From: Dehalococcoidia bacterium
GTDB taxonomy: Bacteria; Chloroflexota; Dehalococcoidia; Lucifugimonadales; UBA3495
Assembly (NCBI GenBank): GCA_965261885.1
Contig: CBDHDY010000005.1
Span: 7,350-71,349, forward strand
Length of the DNA: 64,000 nt
Direction: 5' to 3'
The notes under the pieces were generated by a model. That model made no database searches, was not told the origin of the DNA, and saw nothing but the letters and a program-made list of their open reading frames with translations. This document shows positions 38,024 to 48,834 of the stretch, piece by piece. Made by a program: the position numbers and the translations under genes. How positions within the stretch are numbered: the stretch's first letter is position 1; the number at the start of each line of letters is the position of its first letter.

Positions 38024-39248
38024 TAGTATTCGGCCAAACTGGTATTGTCAGTTAATTCATGATCCCAATGAGATGTTACCTTGGGGGCAGACGAATGGTT
38101 GTGGGATGGGAGGTGGTCATGGTGCAGGAGAAGTACGGAGTCCGGCTGGCAACACAGGAAAAGGGACGGCTCAGGAAGATGATCAGGGCTGGCAGGAGTT
38201 CTGCCCAGGCCATCACCCGGGCACGGATCCTGCTCAAGATAGATGAAGGCTGGCCCGCCCCCCAGGTGGCGGCGGCACTGGACGTGTCGGAGCGGACCGT
38301 GTTCCGCACCAAGCGGCGGTATGCCGAGGAGGGACTGGATGAGGTGCTGAGGCACCATAACCAGGTCAACCGGCCCAGAAAGGTAGATGAAAGGGTGGAG
38401 GCCCACCTGATAGCCTTGGCCTGCAGCCCGGTGCCCGATGGCCATGACCACTGGACCATGCGGGCCCTGGCGGGCAAGGTGGTGGAGTTGGGATTGGTGG
38501 AGTCTTTGTCTCCCGAGACGGTGCGCCTGCGGCTGAAAAAAACATGCTCAAGCCGTGGCTCAAGAAACAATGGTGCATCCCCAAGGTAGGTGGAGAGTTC
38601 GTGGCGGCCATGGAGGACGTCCTGGACCTCTACGCCGAGCCCTACGATCCCCAGAGGCCAGTGGTCTGTTTTGACGAGACCTCAACCCAGTTGCTGGCCG
38701 ACATCAGGGAACCGCTTCCGGCAAAGCCTGGGAGGCCGAGGCGTGAGGACTACGAATACGAGCGGGCAGGGACGCGCAACCTGTTCCTCACTTGTGAGCC
38801 TCGCCGGGGCTGGCGCCACGTGGCGATAACCCGGCAACGCACCATGCCGGACTTCGCTCACCAAATGCGGTGGCTGGTGGATGAGGCCTACCCCGATGTC
38901 CCGGTGATTCGGATGGTTCTCGACAATCTGAACACCCATCGGATGGCCTCGCTTTACGAGACCTTTCCGGCGGCCGAGGCTCGGCGCATTGCCAAGCGGC
39001 TGGAGTTCCACCACACTCCCAAGCACGGAAGCTGGCTGAATATGGCGGAGATCGAGTTCAGCGTGCTGGCCCGGGCCTGCCTGCGCGGACGCAACGCCGA
39101 CGAGGACAGCCTGGAAAACGCCGTCAGAGCCTGCGTGTCAGAGCGGAACGCGGCAGGGACCACTATTAACTGGCGGTTCACTGCCCAAGACGCCAGACGC
39201 AAACTCCACCGCCTCTATCCCTGCCAATCCTGATTTGGTCCAGTACTA
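38024..39248 (+). mobile_element. IS630-family insertion sequence, copy D (divergent lineage)
   Basis: TA at 38024-25 and 39247-48, both within CTAG. TIRs are GTATTCGGCCAAACTGG / CCAGTTTGGTCC-like (rc GTACTGGACCAAAT). Confidence 0.88.
38059..39233 (+). CDS. IS630 transposase, orfA-orfB with a -1 shift at the A7 run
   Basis: A7 lies at 38536-38542, and the -1 shift gives ...[18 protein letters not shown]. It has DNLNTH and [16 protein letters not shown]. The probable start is MVQEKYG at 38119. Confidence 0.82.
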
Positions 39249-40122
39249 GCAAGCCGGAATATTGCTCAACAAACTGTCCTTTGACCGGAACCGACAGTCT
39301 TTGTGGTTCGTCAGGGTCCAGTGATTCCCAAATAGTTAGCAGGGACACTTCTTCAACGTCGAAATTCTGAATGCCACGTTCCCTTCCGATGAGCTTTATG
39401 TCATCAAGAGCTTGCCGATCATTTTGGGTGATCGGGTTTGTAGTTGCGAACACAAGCACGATGCGGTCTGCATCCGACGCCTGCTGTCGGAATAAGTCCA
39501 GCTTTTGCAGCAGTTGCCGGCTGAGTTGCGACAAATTCTGATTGTTACCCTGCAGTGTCGCGATTACTTTGCTGCCTTCCTCCAAAATCGTATCCACACC
39601 GGAGAACGAGGTCCCGTACTTACCCTGAACCAAATACCAAGTGTCCCCCTCCTCCGAATTTTCATCGTGACGTTCGGTATCGATATCCGCACGCTTCAGA
39701 TAGGCGATATCTATGCCCCCGTCGCCGGAACCGTCGCAAATTACAAAGTCATAATCATCAGTGGTTATGTCCAACCATTGGGTAATCAGATTAGACGCAA
39801 ACAGCCGCCCCTTATCCAGCGGCGATGGCTCTCCTGCTTCTATTTCGGCTAACCACTCATTGCAGAATTGCTGATAGCTAACTTTGTTAGCGATACTTTC
39901 GGTCGTCACTTCTTTCTACCTACTAAATCCAAGTACAAAATTGTAGTCGATTTTAACACATTGTCCGGGATTTATATTATGGAATGGCGTCACCCTCAGG
40001 GTCTGTTCGGGCTCTTTCAGGAAGGGTGCGGCGACCATGCTTTTAAACGGCCTCTCAGTACCAAGACCCTGCCGGCCTGCCGCACCACTACTCGCTCCAG
40101 ATGGGTATCTTACGCGCCAACG

Positions 40123-40254
40123 TCAAGATACAAGACCCTGAAATCCATCTGCGTCGACACATACGCGCCCCAATCCACCATTGCTCGGCGCCGCAGCTCG
40201 AACATATCGGGCATGCTCCAGTGCCAGGGTCCGGGCCTCGGCAAGACCGACAAC
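40123..40254 (-). pseudogene. integrase remnant, second fragment (continues from 41493 across IS630-B)
   Basis: VVGLAEARTLALEHARYVRAA... fits the SLAEARE.A...R segment that follows the Arm domain of P4-like integrases. Homology then dissolves. No catalytic domain follows. Confidence 0.45.
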
Positions 40255-41492
<1,238 letters not shown>

Positions 41493-41646
41493 GGCACCGA
41501 CCCAGCCCGAGGTCAATCGGCTTGTCATTTAACCTCAACCGCTGCGTCCAGGACTTCGTTGCACCGCCGTTGGCCGACTGTTTCACCAGCAAGGTCAGGC
41601 CATTACCGCCCCGCTTCTCGCCATACCGCCCCGGCGTGGTGACCGT
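41493..41646 (-). pseudogene. P4-type tyrosine integrase, N-terminal Arm-DNA-binding fragment
   Basis: TVTTPGRYGEKRGGNGLTLLVKQSANGGATKSWTQRLRLNDKPIDLGLGRC matches the DG.GLYL.V...G.KSW..RYR..GK...LGLG pattern (DUF4102/Arm domain). It is preceded by an in-frame TAG, and an upstream piece lies in another frame. Confidence 0.6.
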
Positions 41647-41770
41647 CTAGCAGAAGGTCGCTGATATGCGCTATTGCGGCTCCACTTTTGCCCTTGAGTT
41701 ACCGCTTTCGTAACTGCTATTGGAGGGAACTCACCTGACACCAGTAAACGTCAATGGACAAGTATGGAGC

Positions 41771-41800
41771 ATATTTAGCTTTAAGATATTTAGCTTTAAG
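41771..41800. repeat. tandem 15-bp direct repeat (2 copies), candidate integrase arm sites
   Basis: ATATTTAGCTTTAAG occurs twice, perfect, between the integrase remnant and the distal tRNA-end repeat. Confidence 0.6.
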
Positions 41801-41847
41801 AAAGGAAGTCTCAGTGAAGTTATGTGGACATGCCTGGACAGGGAAAT

Positions 41848-41869
41848 AGCCCAGTCGTTGCCACCACCC
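41848..41869 (+). repeat. attR-like direct repeat (copy of the tRNA-Met 3' end)
   Basis: AGCCCAGTCGTTGCCACCACCC is identical to 16882-16903. Confidence 0.85.
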
Positions 41870-41891
41870 TCTCTACTCGCGATGCCCCTCA

Positions 41892-42905
41892 CTAGACCTC
41901 CGGCAGCCCGTACGCCCTCGCCGCCGTGTTGTGGAACAGGTCAGCCTGTTCCGTCGCCGAGAACTCCCGCGTCAGGCGCTTGAACGCGTTCCAGCAAACC
42001 GTGTAGGAACACGACTGCTTGTCCACCGGGAAGTTGCTCTCGAACATGCACCGGTCGGGTCCAAACTTCTCGATGCTGTACAGATAGTAGGGCGCACCCG
42101 AGGCGGCAATTTCTCGCGATCCCGGCGGGAACGGACGCGTGTGCCAGTCGAAGCCGCTGATCGGGTTGCCCAGTCCCCCAACCTTCATCACCACGTTCGG
42201 GCACTCGGCCACCGCATCGATGCCCGCGCGCCACTCCGGCATCAGTTCCTCGCGCCGCCCGGCGTACGGCCCGATGCCCAGCGGCCGTCCCACGTGGTTC
42301 AGAATGATGGTCAGGTCGGGGAACGCTCGCGCCATGTCCGCCACCTCCGGCAACTGCGGGTGGTACACGATGCAGTCGAACGTGAGCCCCATCCGCTCCA
42401 GGCAGGCCAGCCCCAGGCGGAAGTTGGCGTCCGCCAGCATCCCCGCCGAGTTAGCTCGCGCCACGTTGATCTCCGGGCTGGCGTCCCACGCAGCGGTGCA
42501 CCGTATCCCACGGAACCGCCCCTTGCCCGCCTCGTTCAGCGCCTCCAGTACCGGCTCCACTCCGTAGCCCAGCATCAGGTCCCCGTTGCCCACTATCGCG
42601 GCGGCCACGGCAATCTCGTTGCCCGCAGCAACGTTGGCGGCGGCGATTCCCTCGACGAACTCCACCTCGCCCACCGACCGCATCTCCACCGGCCCGTCGG
42701 TGCGGTACTGGGAGTGGCACTCCACGAACACGGTCTGGTTCACCCGGTGGCCCGACCTCGCGTCCCCCAGAAGGTTTTCCAGCAGATATACATTGTCGGG
42801 GCGCTCCCAGAAGTGATGGTGCGGATCAAGGATGGGCATATCCGGCTCAATGGGATCCTCCTCGGTCAGTGCCAGCCACGAGTCCAGCCGCGTCGTCATT
42901 TCCAA
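41892..42905 (-). CDS. amidohydrolase-2 family metal-dependent hydrolase
   Basis: ILDPHHHFWER at the N-terminus and the overall TIM-barrel hydrolase pattern (PF04909-like). Confidence 0.8.
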   Translation of the reverse strand: MEMTTRLDSWLALTEEDPIEPDMPILDPHHHFWERPDNVYLLENLLGDARSGHRVNQTVFVECHSQYRTDGPVEMRSVGEVEFVEGIAAANVAAGNEIAVAAAIVGNGDLMLGYGVEPVLEALNEAGKGRFRGIRCTAAWDASPEINVARANSAGMLADANFRLGLACLERMGLTFDCIVYHPQLPEVADMARAFPDLTIILNHVGRPLGIGPYAGRREELMPEWRAGIDAVAECPNVVMKVGGLGNPISGFDWHTRPFPPGSREIAASGAPYYLYSIEKFGPDRCMFESNFPVDKQSCSYTVCWNAFKRLTREFSATEQADLFHNTAARAYGLPEV

Positions 42906-42957
42906 CTCCTGGGCGTCTCCTGACTCGGCAACAAACTGCTGGGACGCCGGACGGCCC

Positions 42958-43076
42958 TAGTAGACCAACTGCATAGAAATGATGGGAAGTTCTGGGCCGG
43001 AGGGTTCGCGTTCGAATCGTTGCTGGGAAGTCTCGTCATCCCACCTGCCCATCATTTCAAAGATTTCCCTCTACTA
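42958..43076. mobile_element. 119-bp MITE with IS630-type termini (family 1)
   Basis: TA-GTAGACCAACTGCATAGAAATGATGGG...CCCATCATTTCAAAGATTTCCCTCTAC-TA. The reverse complement of its right end matches the left end of the MITE at 22126 at 25/29. Confidence 0.7.
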
Positions 43077-43181
43077 GGCTACTACGAAAGGTGGCAATGC
43101 TCAAACGGCCCGAAGGCAATGAAGGTATAATCCTCGTGCCGCAAGGGGCGGCAAATTGGTTACTAAAACACAGGAGGCAAC

Positions 43182-43589
43182 ATGGCCGAACCCACCATGG
43201 CCCAGGTCCGGGCCGCTATGAACGCTATGATAGACAAGGCGATGGAAACGCCCAACGAGCCGGTGGCGATGGCCATCGTCGACAGTGCCGGCAACCTGCT
43301 GGCCTACCAGACCATGGACAATCTGCGCATATTCAGCCGCCGCCACGCCCTCCGCAAGGCCCACACCTCGGCCCTGATGGGCTTGGACTCAGGAGAGAAC
43401 GCCAGCCGCCTGCACGGCCAGGGGCGCAACATCGCCGACCAGGGCGATCCCATGATGACCTATGGCACAGGCGGACTCGTCATCATGAAGGACGGCGTCA
43501 TCCTCGGCGGCATCGGTGCCGGCGGCTACCCCAGCGGCCAGTCCGACGAGGACCTGTCTCGTGTCGGCCTGAACGCCATGAATCTCTAG
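43182..43589 (+). CDS. GlcG/HbpS-like (DUF336) haem-binding protein
   Basis: VAMAIVDSAGNLLAYQTMDN...A..KAHTSA...GGLVIMKDGVILGGIGAGG matches the family. Confidence 0.75.
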   Translation: MAEPTMAQVRAAMNAMIDKAMETPNEPVAMAIVDSAGNLLAYQTMDNLRIFSRRHALRKAHTSALMGLDSGENASRLHGQGRNIADQGDPMMTYGTGGLVIMKDGVILGGIGAGGYPSGQSDEDLSRVGLNAMNL

Positions 43590-43697
43590 GACCGAGTGTG
43601 GAAAACTTCCTCCCCCTCGGGGGGAGGGCTGGGGTGGGGGTGTGGAATGCCTGGTGTCAATGGCATTATGTTTATTGAGGCGCGCCCGGTCTCTGAC

Positions 43698-43717
43698 CTC
43701 CTCCCCAGCGGGAGGAG
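43698..43717 (+). promoter_or_regulatory. hairpin that includes the Shine-Dalgarno of the downstream gene
   Basis: CTCCTCCC-cagc-GGGAGGAG. The GGAGG lies 14 nt upstream of the ATG at 43731. Confidence 0.3.
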
Positions 43718-43730
43718 TAGTTAGAGCACA

Positions 43731-44183
43731 ATGTCAAGAACAGCGAATCAAGTTTCCCTTCTCCGGTTGTCCCTGGTCACGGTCCTGGCTCTGGTCTTTG
43801 TCCTCTTGGCTGCTTGCATACAGGATGGCACTGCCGAGTCGGAGTGCGAGGACGGCGGCGAGCAATGGGTCGAGTACCGGCTCTTCGTGGGCCGCAGCGA
43901 CGGGGACCGCGAGGTAGTCAGCGACGCCGACTGGGAGAAGTTCCTTGCCGACACCATAACGCCCCGTTTCCCTGACGGTCTGTCGGTCATGGACGTCGCT
44001 GGGCAGAGTACAACCGCTGACGGGACCATCGAGCGGGAGCGCACCAAGATGCTGCTGGTCCTGGCGGCGGCGGGAGAAGAGGCAATGGATCGAATCAACG
44101 AAATCGGCGCCGAGTACAAGCAGCGCTTCAACCAGAACTCGGTGCTTCGAGTAGTTACCGAGGCTTGCGTGGCCTTCAAGTGA
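43731..44183 (+). CDS. lipoprotein, DUF3574-like
   Basis: Signal peptide plus lipobox LLAAC. YRLFVGRSDG...WEKFLADTITPRFPDGLSV resembles DUF3574. Confidence 0.5.
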   Translation: MSRTANQVSLLRLSLVTVLALVFVLLAACIQDGTAESECEDGGEQWVEYRLFVGRSDGDREVVSDADWEKFLADTITPRFPDGLSVMDVAGQSTTADGTIERERTKMLLVLAAAGEEAMDRINEIGAEYKQRFNQNSVLRVVTEACVAFK

Positions 44184-44375
44184 ACCGCGCAGCGCAGGAG
44201 AATATTGGTAGCAATGCCGGTGACCTGTCTCAAGACCCTGTCCAGTTCGCCGGCACCATCCCCGGGAACATACCCATCATTCCCGCTTTCGAGGGAATCA
44301 AGTGGTTGGGGACCGCAACCATTTGAATGCCACAGGAACAGGACCCCTCTTGGATGACTTCTAAGGAGTAGGCCT

Positions 44376-45308
44376 ATGCGAATCGGAGTTTTCGTTGGCG
44401 CCTCGGTCGCCGACCTGATGACCCTGGACGGCCTGTTGGCCCGTATCAAGCAGGCCGAGGACGACGGCTTCGACAGCTTCTGGATCCCCCACATCTCCGC
44501 CCGCGGCTACGACGCGCTGACGGTGCTGGCCATGGCCGGGATGCAGACCAGCCGCATTGAGCTGGGTGTCGGCGTCGTCCCCACCTACCCGCGCCACCCG
44601 GCGGCGTTGGCCCAGCAGGCCCTGACCACCGCCACGGCAACCAACGGGCGGTTCATACTTGGCATCGGCCCGTCGCACCGTCCCGGAATGGAGGAGGGTT
44701 TCGGCATACCCTACGACCGTCCGGCCCTGCACACCCGCGAGTACCTTTCCGTCATGCGTCCCCTGCTGGAGGAGGGTGCGGTCCAATTCAACGGGGAGTT
44801 CTTCAACTGCAATCTTGAACTGGCCGCTCTCGAGCGCCCGGACTGTCCCATCCTGGTGTCCGCGCTGGCTCCACAGATGCTCAACCTCGCCGGTCAGCTC
44901 GCCGACGGGACAGTGACCTGGATGGCCGGCCCGCGCACCATCGAGACTCACATCACGCCGCGCATCCGCCGCTCGGCGGAAAACAGCGGCCGTCCCCAGC
45001 CCCGCGTCTGCGTCGGACTGCCCACTGCGGCCACCGACGACGAGAACGCCGGACGCCGTAAGGCCGCCGAGTCCTACGCGCGCTACGGCGACCTGATCAA
45101 CTACCGCCGCCTCCTCGATATCGAGGGCGTTGAGAGCCCGGCCGAAGTGGCAGTCATCGGCAACGAGCAGTCGGTCCAGCGCCAGCTTGAAGCCTTCGCG
45201 GAAGGCGGAGCAACCGACTTCGTCGGCAACATATTCGACGTTCCCGGCGAACCTGACTCAGGCCAGCGCGCCTACGATACCCTCAAGGCCCTGGTAGGCA
45301 AGATCTAG
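44376..45308 (+). CDS. LLM-class (luciferase-like) F420-dependent oxidoreductase
   Basis: MRIGVFVG...AEDDGFDSFWIPH...ELGVGVVPTYPRHP...GRFILGIGPSH matches the class. Confidence 0.8.
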   Translation: MRIGVFVGASVADLMTLDGLLARIKQAEDDGFDSFWIPHISARGYDALTVLAMAGMQTSRIELGVGVVPTYPRHPAALAQQALTTATATNGRFILGIGPSHRPGMEEGFGIPYDRPALHTREYLSVMRPLLEEGAVQFNGEFFNCNLELAALERPDCPILVSALAPQMLNLAGQLADGTVTWMAGPRTIETHITPRIRRSAENSGRPQPRVCVGLPTAATDDENAGRRKAAESYARYGDLINYRRLLDIEGVESPAEVAVIGNEQSVQRQLEAFAEGGATDFVGNIFDVPGEPDSGQRAYDTLKALVGKI

Positions 45309-45343
45309 CCTCATCACCTGTAGACACAGCCTAGGAGGAAATT

Positions 45344-45802
45344 ATGGCCCCGAGAATCAAGCACATAGCGCTCCACACCGAGGACCCCGTGGCCACTGCC
45401 GAGTGGTACAAGACCTGCTTCGGCCTCGAGGAACTGCGTCGCTCCCCCGACGGAGGAGCCGAGGGCGTATGGCTCACCGATGGCTACATTTATTTCGCCA
45501 TCCTGAAGATGGGTACGGAAGACGCCCCCAACCTAGGCGAGGGCCCGTCCACCGTCAAGGGAGTGCACCACATAGGCTTCTATGTCGATGACATGGATGA
45601 CGCCGTCTCCACCGTTGAGGACCACGGAGCCACCGAGTGCCCGGGCAGCAGCCGCGCCAACCGCAAGTACAAGGGCCCCGACGGCCTGATGATCGACCTG
45701 CGAGTCCGCGGCTGGGACGAGCAGATCCGAGCCCGCAGCACCCTATACGAGCTGGTCGAGGCACCGCCCCGCGAACCCGCAGCCACCCCCGCCGACGACT
45801 AG
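45344..45802 (+). CDS. VOC (glyoxalase/bleomycin-resistance/dioxygenase) family protein
   Basis: IKHIALHTEDPVATAEWY...GVHHIGFYVDDMD matches the family. Confidence 0.75.
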   Translation: MAPRIKHIALHTEDPVATAEWYKTCFGLEELRRSPDGGAEGVWLTDGYIYFAILKMGTEDAPNLGEGPSTVKGVHHIGFYVDDMDDAVSTVEDHGATECPGSSRANRKYKGPDGLMIDLRVRGWDEQIRARSTLYELVEAPPREPAATPADD

Positions 45803-45891
45803 CTCCCTGCACAAGCGCTCCGAGCCTTTGCGTGCTCGCCTGATAAGGAACAACCCCGCTAAAGTCCCAGCAGTGTAAGGAGGCGAAGCCC

Positions 45892-46806
45892 ATGCTTACC
45901 CATAACTACACGTACCAGGAGTGCCTGGACGTATCCAAGAGGGTCTCGTGGCTGGAGGACGATGTCCTGGCAAACAAGAATTTCGACTTCTCCAAGCGCT
46001 TCCTGCCCAACAGGTTGAGCGGCGTCGACGATATCGGATGTCTGAACGACACCGAGAAACTCCAGATGAATCAGATCATGGGCAACGCCTACTGCCACAT
46101 CTTTGCCTTCGTAGAGGAGTTCATCATCCCCACTGTAGCCGAGGAGGCCTTGAAGGATGTCTATGGGGACGAGGTCAGGGCCCGCTCGCTGTTGCGGTTC
46201 GCCGAGGAGGAGTTCAAGCACCAGGAACTGTTTCGAAGGTCGGTTGTCCTCTTCGGCCAGGGATTCGGAATCGAGTGCGGCCTGATACCAGGTCGAGAAG
46301 AGGTGGCCGAGGTAGTCCGGAGCAAGTCCAAGCTTGCCGTCATGCTCTTGACCGCCATTATCGAGTGGTTCACCCAGCTCCACTACATAGAGCATGTGCG
46401 TGACGACTCGGGCCTCGACGCGCTATTCCGGGATCTCCTGAGGTTCCACTGGCTGGAAGAGTCGCAGCACGCCAAGATGGACACGCTGCTGATCGGCGAA
46501 GTGGCCGAGGAGCTCACCCTTGAAGAAAGGGAGGCCGCCGTTGATGAGGTCCTGGAGCTTGGCGGGGCCATCGACGGGCTCTTGGCCCAGCAGATCGGGA
46601 TGAATATCGAAGCCCTTGAAAAGGCGACTGGGCGGGCGTTCACTGACACCGAGAGAGAGGAGATCACCACCAATACCCAGCGGGCCTGCCGGTGGACCTT
46701 CCTGGTTTCTGGATTGCAGCACCCGAACATCGTCAGGGCCATCGGCGAGCTGACTACAGAGGGTCCAGCGAAAATTGAGGGCGTCGCCGCCGCACTCTCG
46801 GCTTAG
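45892..46806 (+). CDS. ferritin-like diiron oxygenase (AurF/CmlI-like)
   Basis: Two ExxH motifs (AEEEFKHQ and LEESQHAK) plus additional conserved Glu (FVEEF, IIEW). The N-terminal FDFSKRFLP..LS pattern is typical of the family. Confidence 0.5.
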   Translation: MLTHNYTYQECLDVSKRVSWLEDDVLANKNFDFSKRFLPNRLSGVDDIGCLNDTEKLQMNQIMGNAYCHIFAFVEEFIIPTVAEEALKDVYGDEVRARSLLRFAEEEFKHQELFRRSVVLFGQGFGIECGLIPGREEVAEVVRSKSKLAVMLLTAIIEWFTQLHYIEHVRDDSGLDALFRDLLRFHWLEESQHAKMDTLLIGEVAEELTLEEREAAVDEVLELGGAIDGLLAQQIGMNIEALEKATGRAFTDTEREEITTNTQRACRWTFLVSGLQHPNIVRAIGELTTEGPAKIEGVAAALSA

Positions 46807-46957
46807 TGAAACAGCGGCCGGTGGTTGCCGGAAGCGTTCGCGGTGAATCCCGGCGGGGACGAGGGACCGCTCCACGGAGTGAGTTCCACCTGCACAGGCC
46901 TGAGTGAAGGAGACCAGGGCCACCCGCGTCGTTTCAAACGCGAGCGGCCCTGAGCCC

Positions 46958-47746
46958 CTACCGCCCCTGCCACTCCGGCGGGCGCTTCTCGGCGAAGGCC
47001 CGCGGGCCCTCCCTCGCGTCGTCGGAGTTCAGCACCCGCTGGCCCCACGCTGCGTTGACCCGGTACGACTCCTCCAGCCCATAGCGCCGCCAGAACGAGG
47101 CCACCGCCTTCGTCCCCTGCACTGCCAGCGGCGCGTTGGCCCTGATCATCTCCGCGATCTGCACGGCCCGCGGCATCAGCGCCTCCGGTTCCAACACCTC
47201 GTGGACAAACCCCAGCCGGTGCGCCTCCTCAGCGCTCAGTGTGTCGCCCGTCAGCATCAGGTACACGGCCTCGCCGTACGGCATCAGCCGCGCCAGGTGG
47301 TTGATGCCGTAGTTGGCCAATATCCCCCGTTTGACCTCGAACAGGCCAAAGTACGCCTCGGTCGAAGCAATCCGGATGTCGCAGTCGGCGGCCCGCTCCA
47401 TCCCCGCGCCAATGGCCAGCCCGTTGACCGCGGCGATGAACGGCTTGGGGTTGCGCCCGAAGGGCTGGTTGCCCCGGTACGCCTCGATGCGTTCCTCCTC
47501 GGTCTGGCCGGCCCGGACGCTGCCACTACCCTCGGCCATCTCCCGCAGGTCGGCCCCCGCCGAGAATGCCCGGTCTGCTCCGGTCACGATGCCAACCCGC
47601 ATCTCATCGTCGTGCGAGAACTCTGCCAGCGCCTCCCGCAGTTCCGCGCGCATCTGCGCTCCCTGCGCGTTCAGCCGGTCGGGGCGGTCCATGGTGAAGA
47701 CGGCGTAGTGGCCCCCGGGGAATCGTTCGTATCGCAGGTCCGGCAT
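46958..47746 (-). CDS. enoyl-CoA hydratase/isomerase (crotonase) family
   Basis: RPDRLNA, GADRAFSAGADLREM and AAVNGLAIGAGMERA match the family. Confidence 0.88.
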   Translation of the reverse strand: MPDLRYERFPGGHYAVFTMDRPDRLNAQGAQMRAELREALAEFSHDDEMRVGIVTGADRAFSAGADLREMAEGSGSVRAGQTEEERIEAYRGNQPFGRNPKPFIAAVNGLAIGAGMERAADCDIRIASTEAYFGLFEVKRGILANYGINHLARLMPYGEAVYLMLTGDTLSAEEAHRLGFVHEVLEPEALMPRAVQIAEMIRANAPLAVQGTKAVASFWRRYGLEESYRVNAAWGQRVLNSDDAREGPRAFAEKRPPEWQGR

Positions 47747-47755
47747 CGCTCCACC

Positions 47756-48775
47756 TCAGCTCGCCAGCAATTCGCGCAGGGCCGCGTCGACGAAGGCTGA
47801 GTCCGTCGGGTTGAGGCCCGGGCTGCCTGCCAGGTGCCCCCAGATGGACTCGATGGGACGGAACTCGGCGTTGGGCATCATCGAGACCTCGATCTCGTTG
47901 TCCTCTGGCGGGAAGTACAGATCCGTCCCCCCCGGCATCACGATGGCCCGCGCTTTGATCGCTCCCAGCGCCTTGGCGAAGTCGCCGTTGTACTTGTCAT
48001 TGAGGCTGATGTCCGCGTTCTGCCACGTCCGGAGCATGGCCAGAAAGTTGTTGGCGTCGGCGAACAGCCGTCGGCCTTCCCAGAAGGCCACCAGGTAGTC
48101 CTCCAGCGACGAGTACCCGATGTCCAGGTAAACCTCCTCCCGGTAGAAGGCCTGCGACACCGCCCAGCCGGCGTAGACCCGGCCCATGGCCCGCAGACCC
48201 TTGTAAGGAGGGGAATCGTACCAGCCGTTGGCCCACGCGTCGTCGGCCGTCAGCGCCGCTTTGACGCCCTCCAAGAACACGAAGTTGTGCCGCGAGGTCC
48301 GCGCCGACCCGCAGATGGGCGCGATGCGCTCCACCATGTCGGGGTACAGCGCGCCCCACTGGTAGGTCTGCTGCGCTCCCATGGACCAGCCGACGACCAA
48401 CTTGATGCGTTCGAGGCCGAACAACTCGGTGACCAGGCGGTGCTGGCTGCTGACGTTGTCGTAAAGCGACACCCACGGGAACCGCGCCCGGTCGTAGGGC
48501 ATCGGCGTGTTCGACGGCGACGAAGACAGCCCGTTGCCCATCATGTTGGGCACGACGATGAAGTACTTCTCCGGGTCCAGCGCCTGCCCCGCCCCGATGA
48601 TCGCCTCGTTGGCGTAGTGCTGCCCCCCGAAGAAGGTCGGGAATACGATCGCGTTGTCCCCAGCCGCGTTCAGCGTCCCATACGTCTTGTAAGCAATCCA
48701 GGCCCCCCGCAGCGTAGCCCCGCCCTGCAGCCGCAGGTTGCCCAGCTCGAATATGTTGTAGTCGGTCATTGACAA
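47756..48775 (-). CDS. alpha/beta hydrolase, homoserine O-acetyltransferase (MetX)-like family
   Basis: YKTYGTLNAAGDNAIVFPTFFGG and the nucleophile elbow VGWSMGAQQ match the family. Confidence 0.7.
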   Translation of the reverse strand: MSMTDYNIFELGNLRLQGGATLRGAWIAYKTYGTLNAAGDNAIVFPTFFGGQHYANEAIIGAGQALDPEKYFIVVPNMMGNGLSSSPSNTPMPYDRARFPWVSLYDNVSSQHRLVTELFGLERIKLVVGWSMGAQQTYQWGALYPDMVERIAPICGSARTSRHNFVFLEGVKAALTADDAWANGWYDSPPYKGLRAMGRVYAGWAVSQAFYREEVYLDIGYSSLEDYLVAFWEGRRLFADANNFLAMLRTWQNADISLNDKYNGDFAKALGAIKARAIVMPGGTDLYFPPEDNEIEVSMMPNAEFRPIESIWGHLAGSPGLNPTDSAFVDAALRELLAS

Positions 48776-48834
48776 TATCCCCTCTCTGTCCTTAGGCTCA
48801 AACGAATAGAGTCTTTGGTTAATGTGCTGTTGAT

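Larger units (their letters stand above)
36749..39909 (-). pseudogene. AIPR-family abortive-infection gene interrupted by IS630 copy D
   Basis: The N-part (39909-39249) has FVICDGSGDGGIDIAYL...WYLVQGKY. The C-part (38023-36749) has GLYNNGITIV...VVNGCQTTRTIWDVL. Removing 38026-39248 and keeping one TA restores a 646-codon ORF including the stop (...EQYSGLLVGTVSLVDLFEF...). Confidence 0.8.

Noticed and set aside
41771-41800. Tandem repeat considered as a possible CRISPR or minisatellite.
   Set aside because: It has only two 15-bp units with no spacers. I interpret it instead as possible integrase arm sites.
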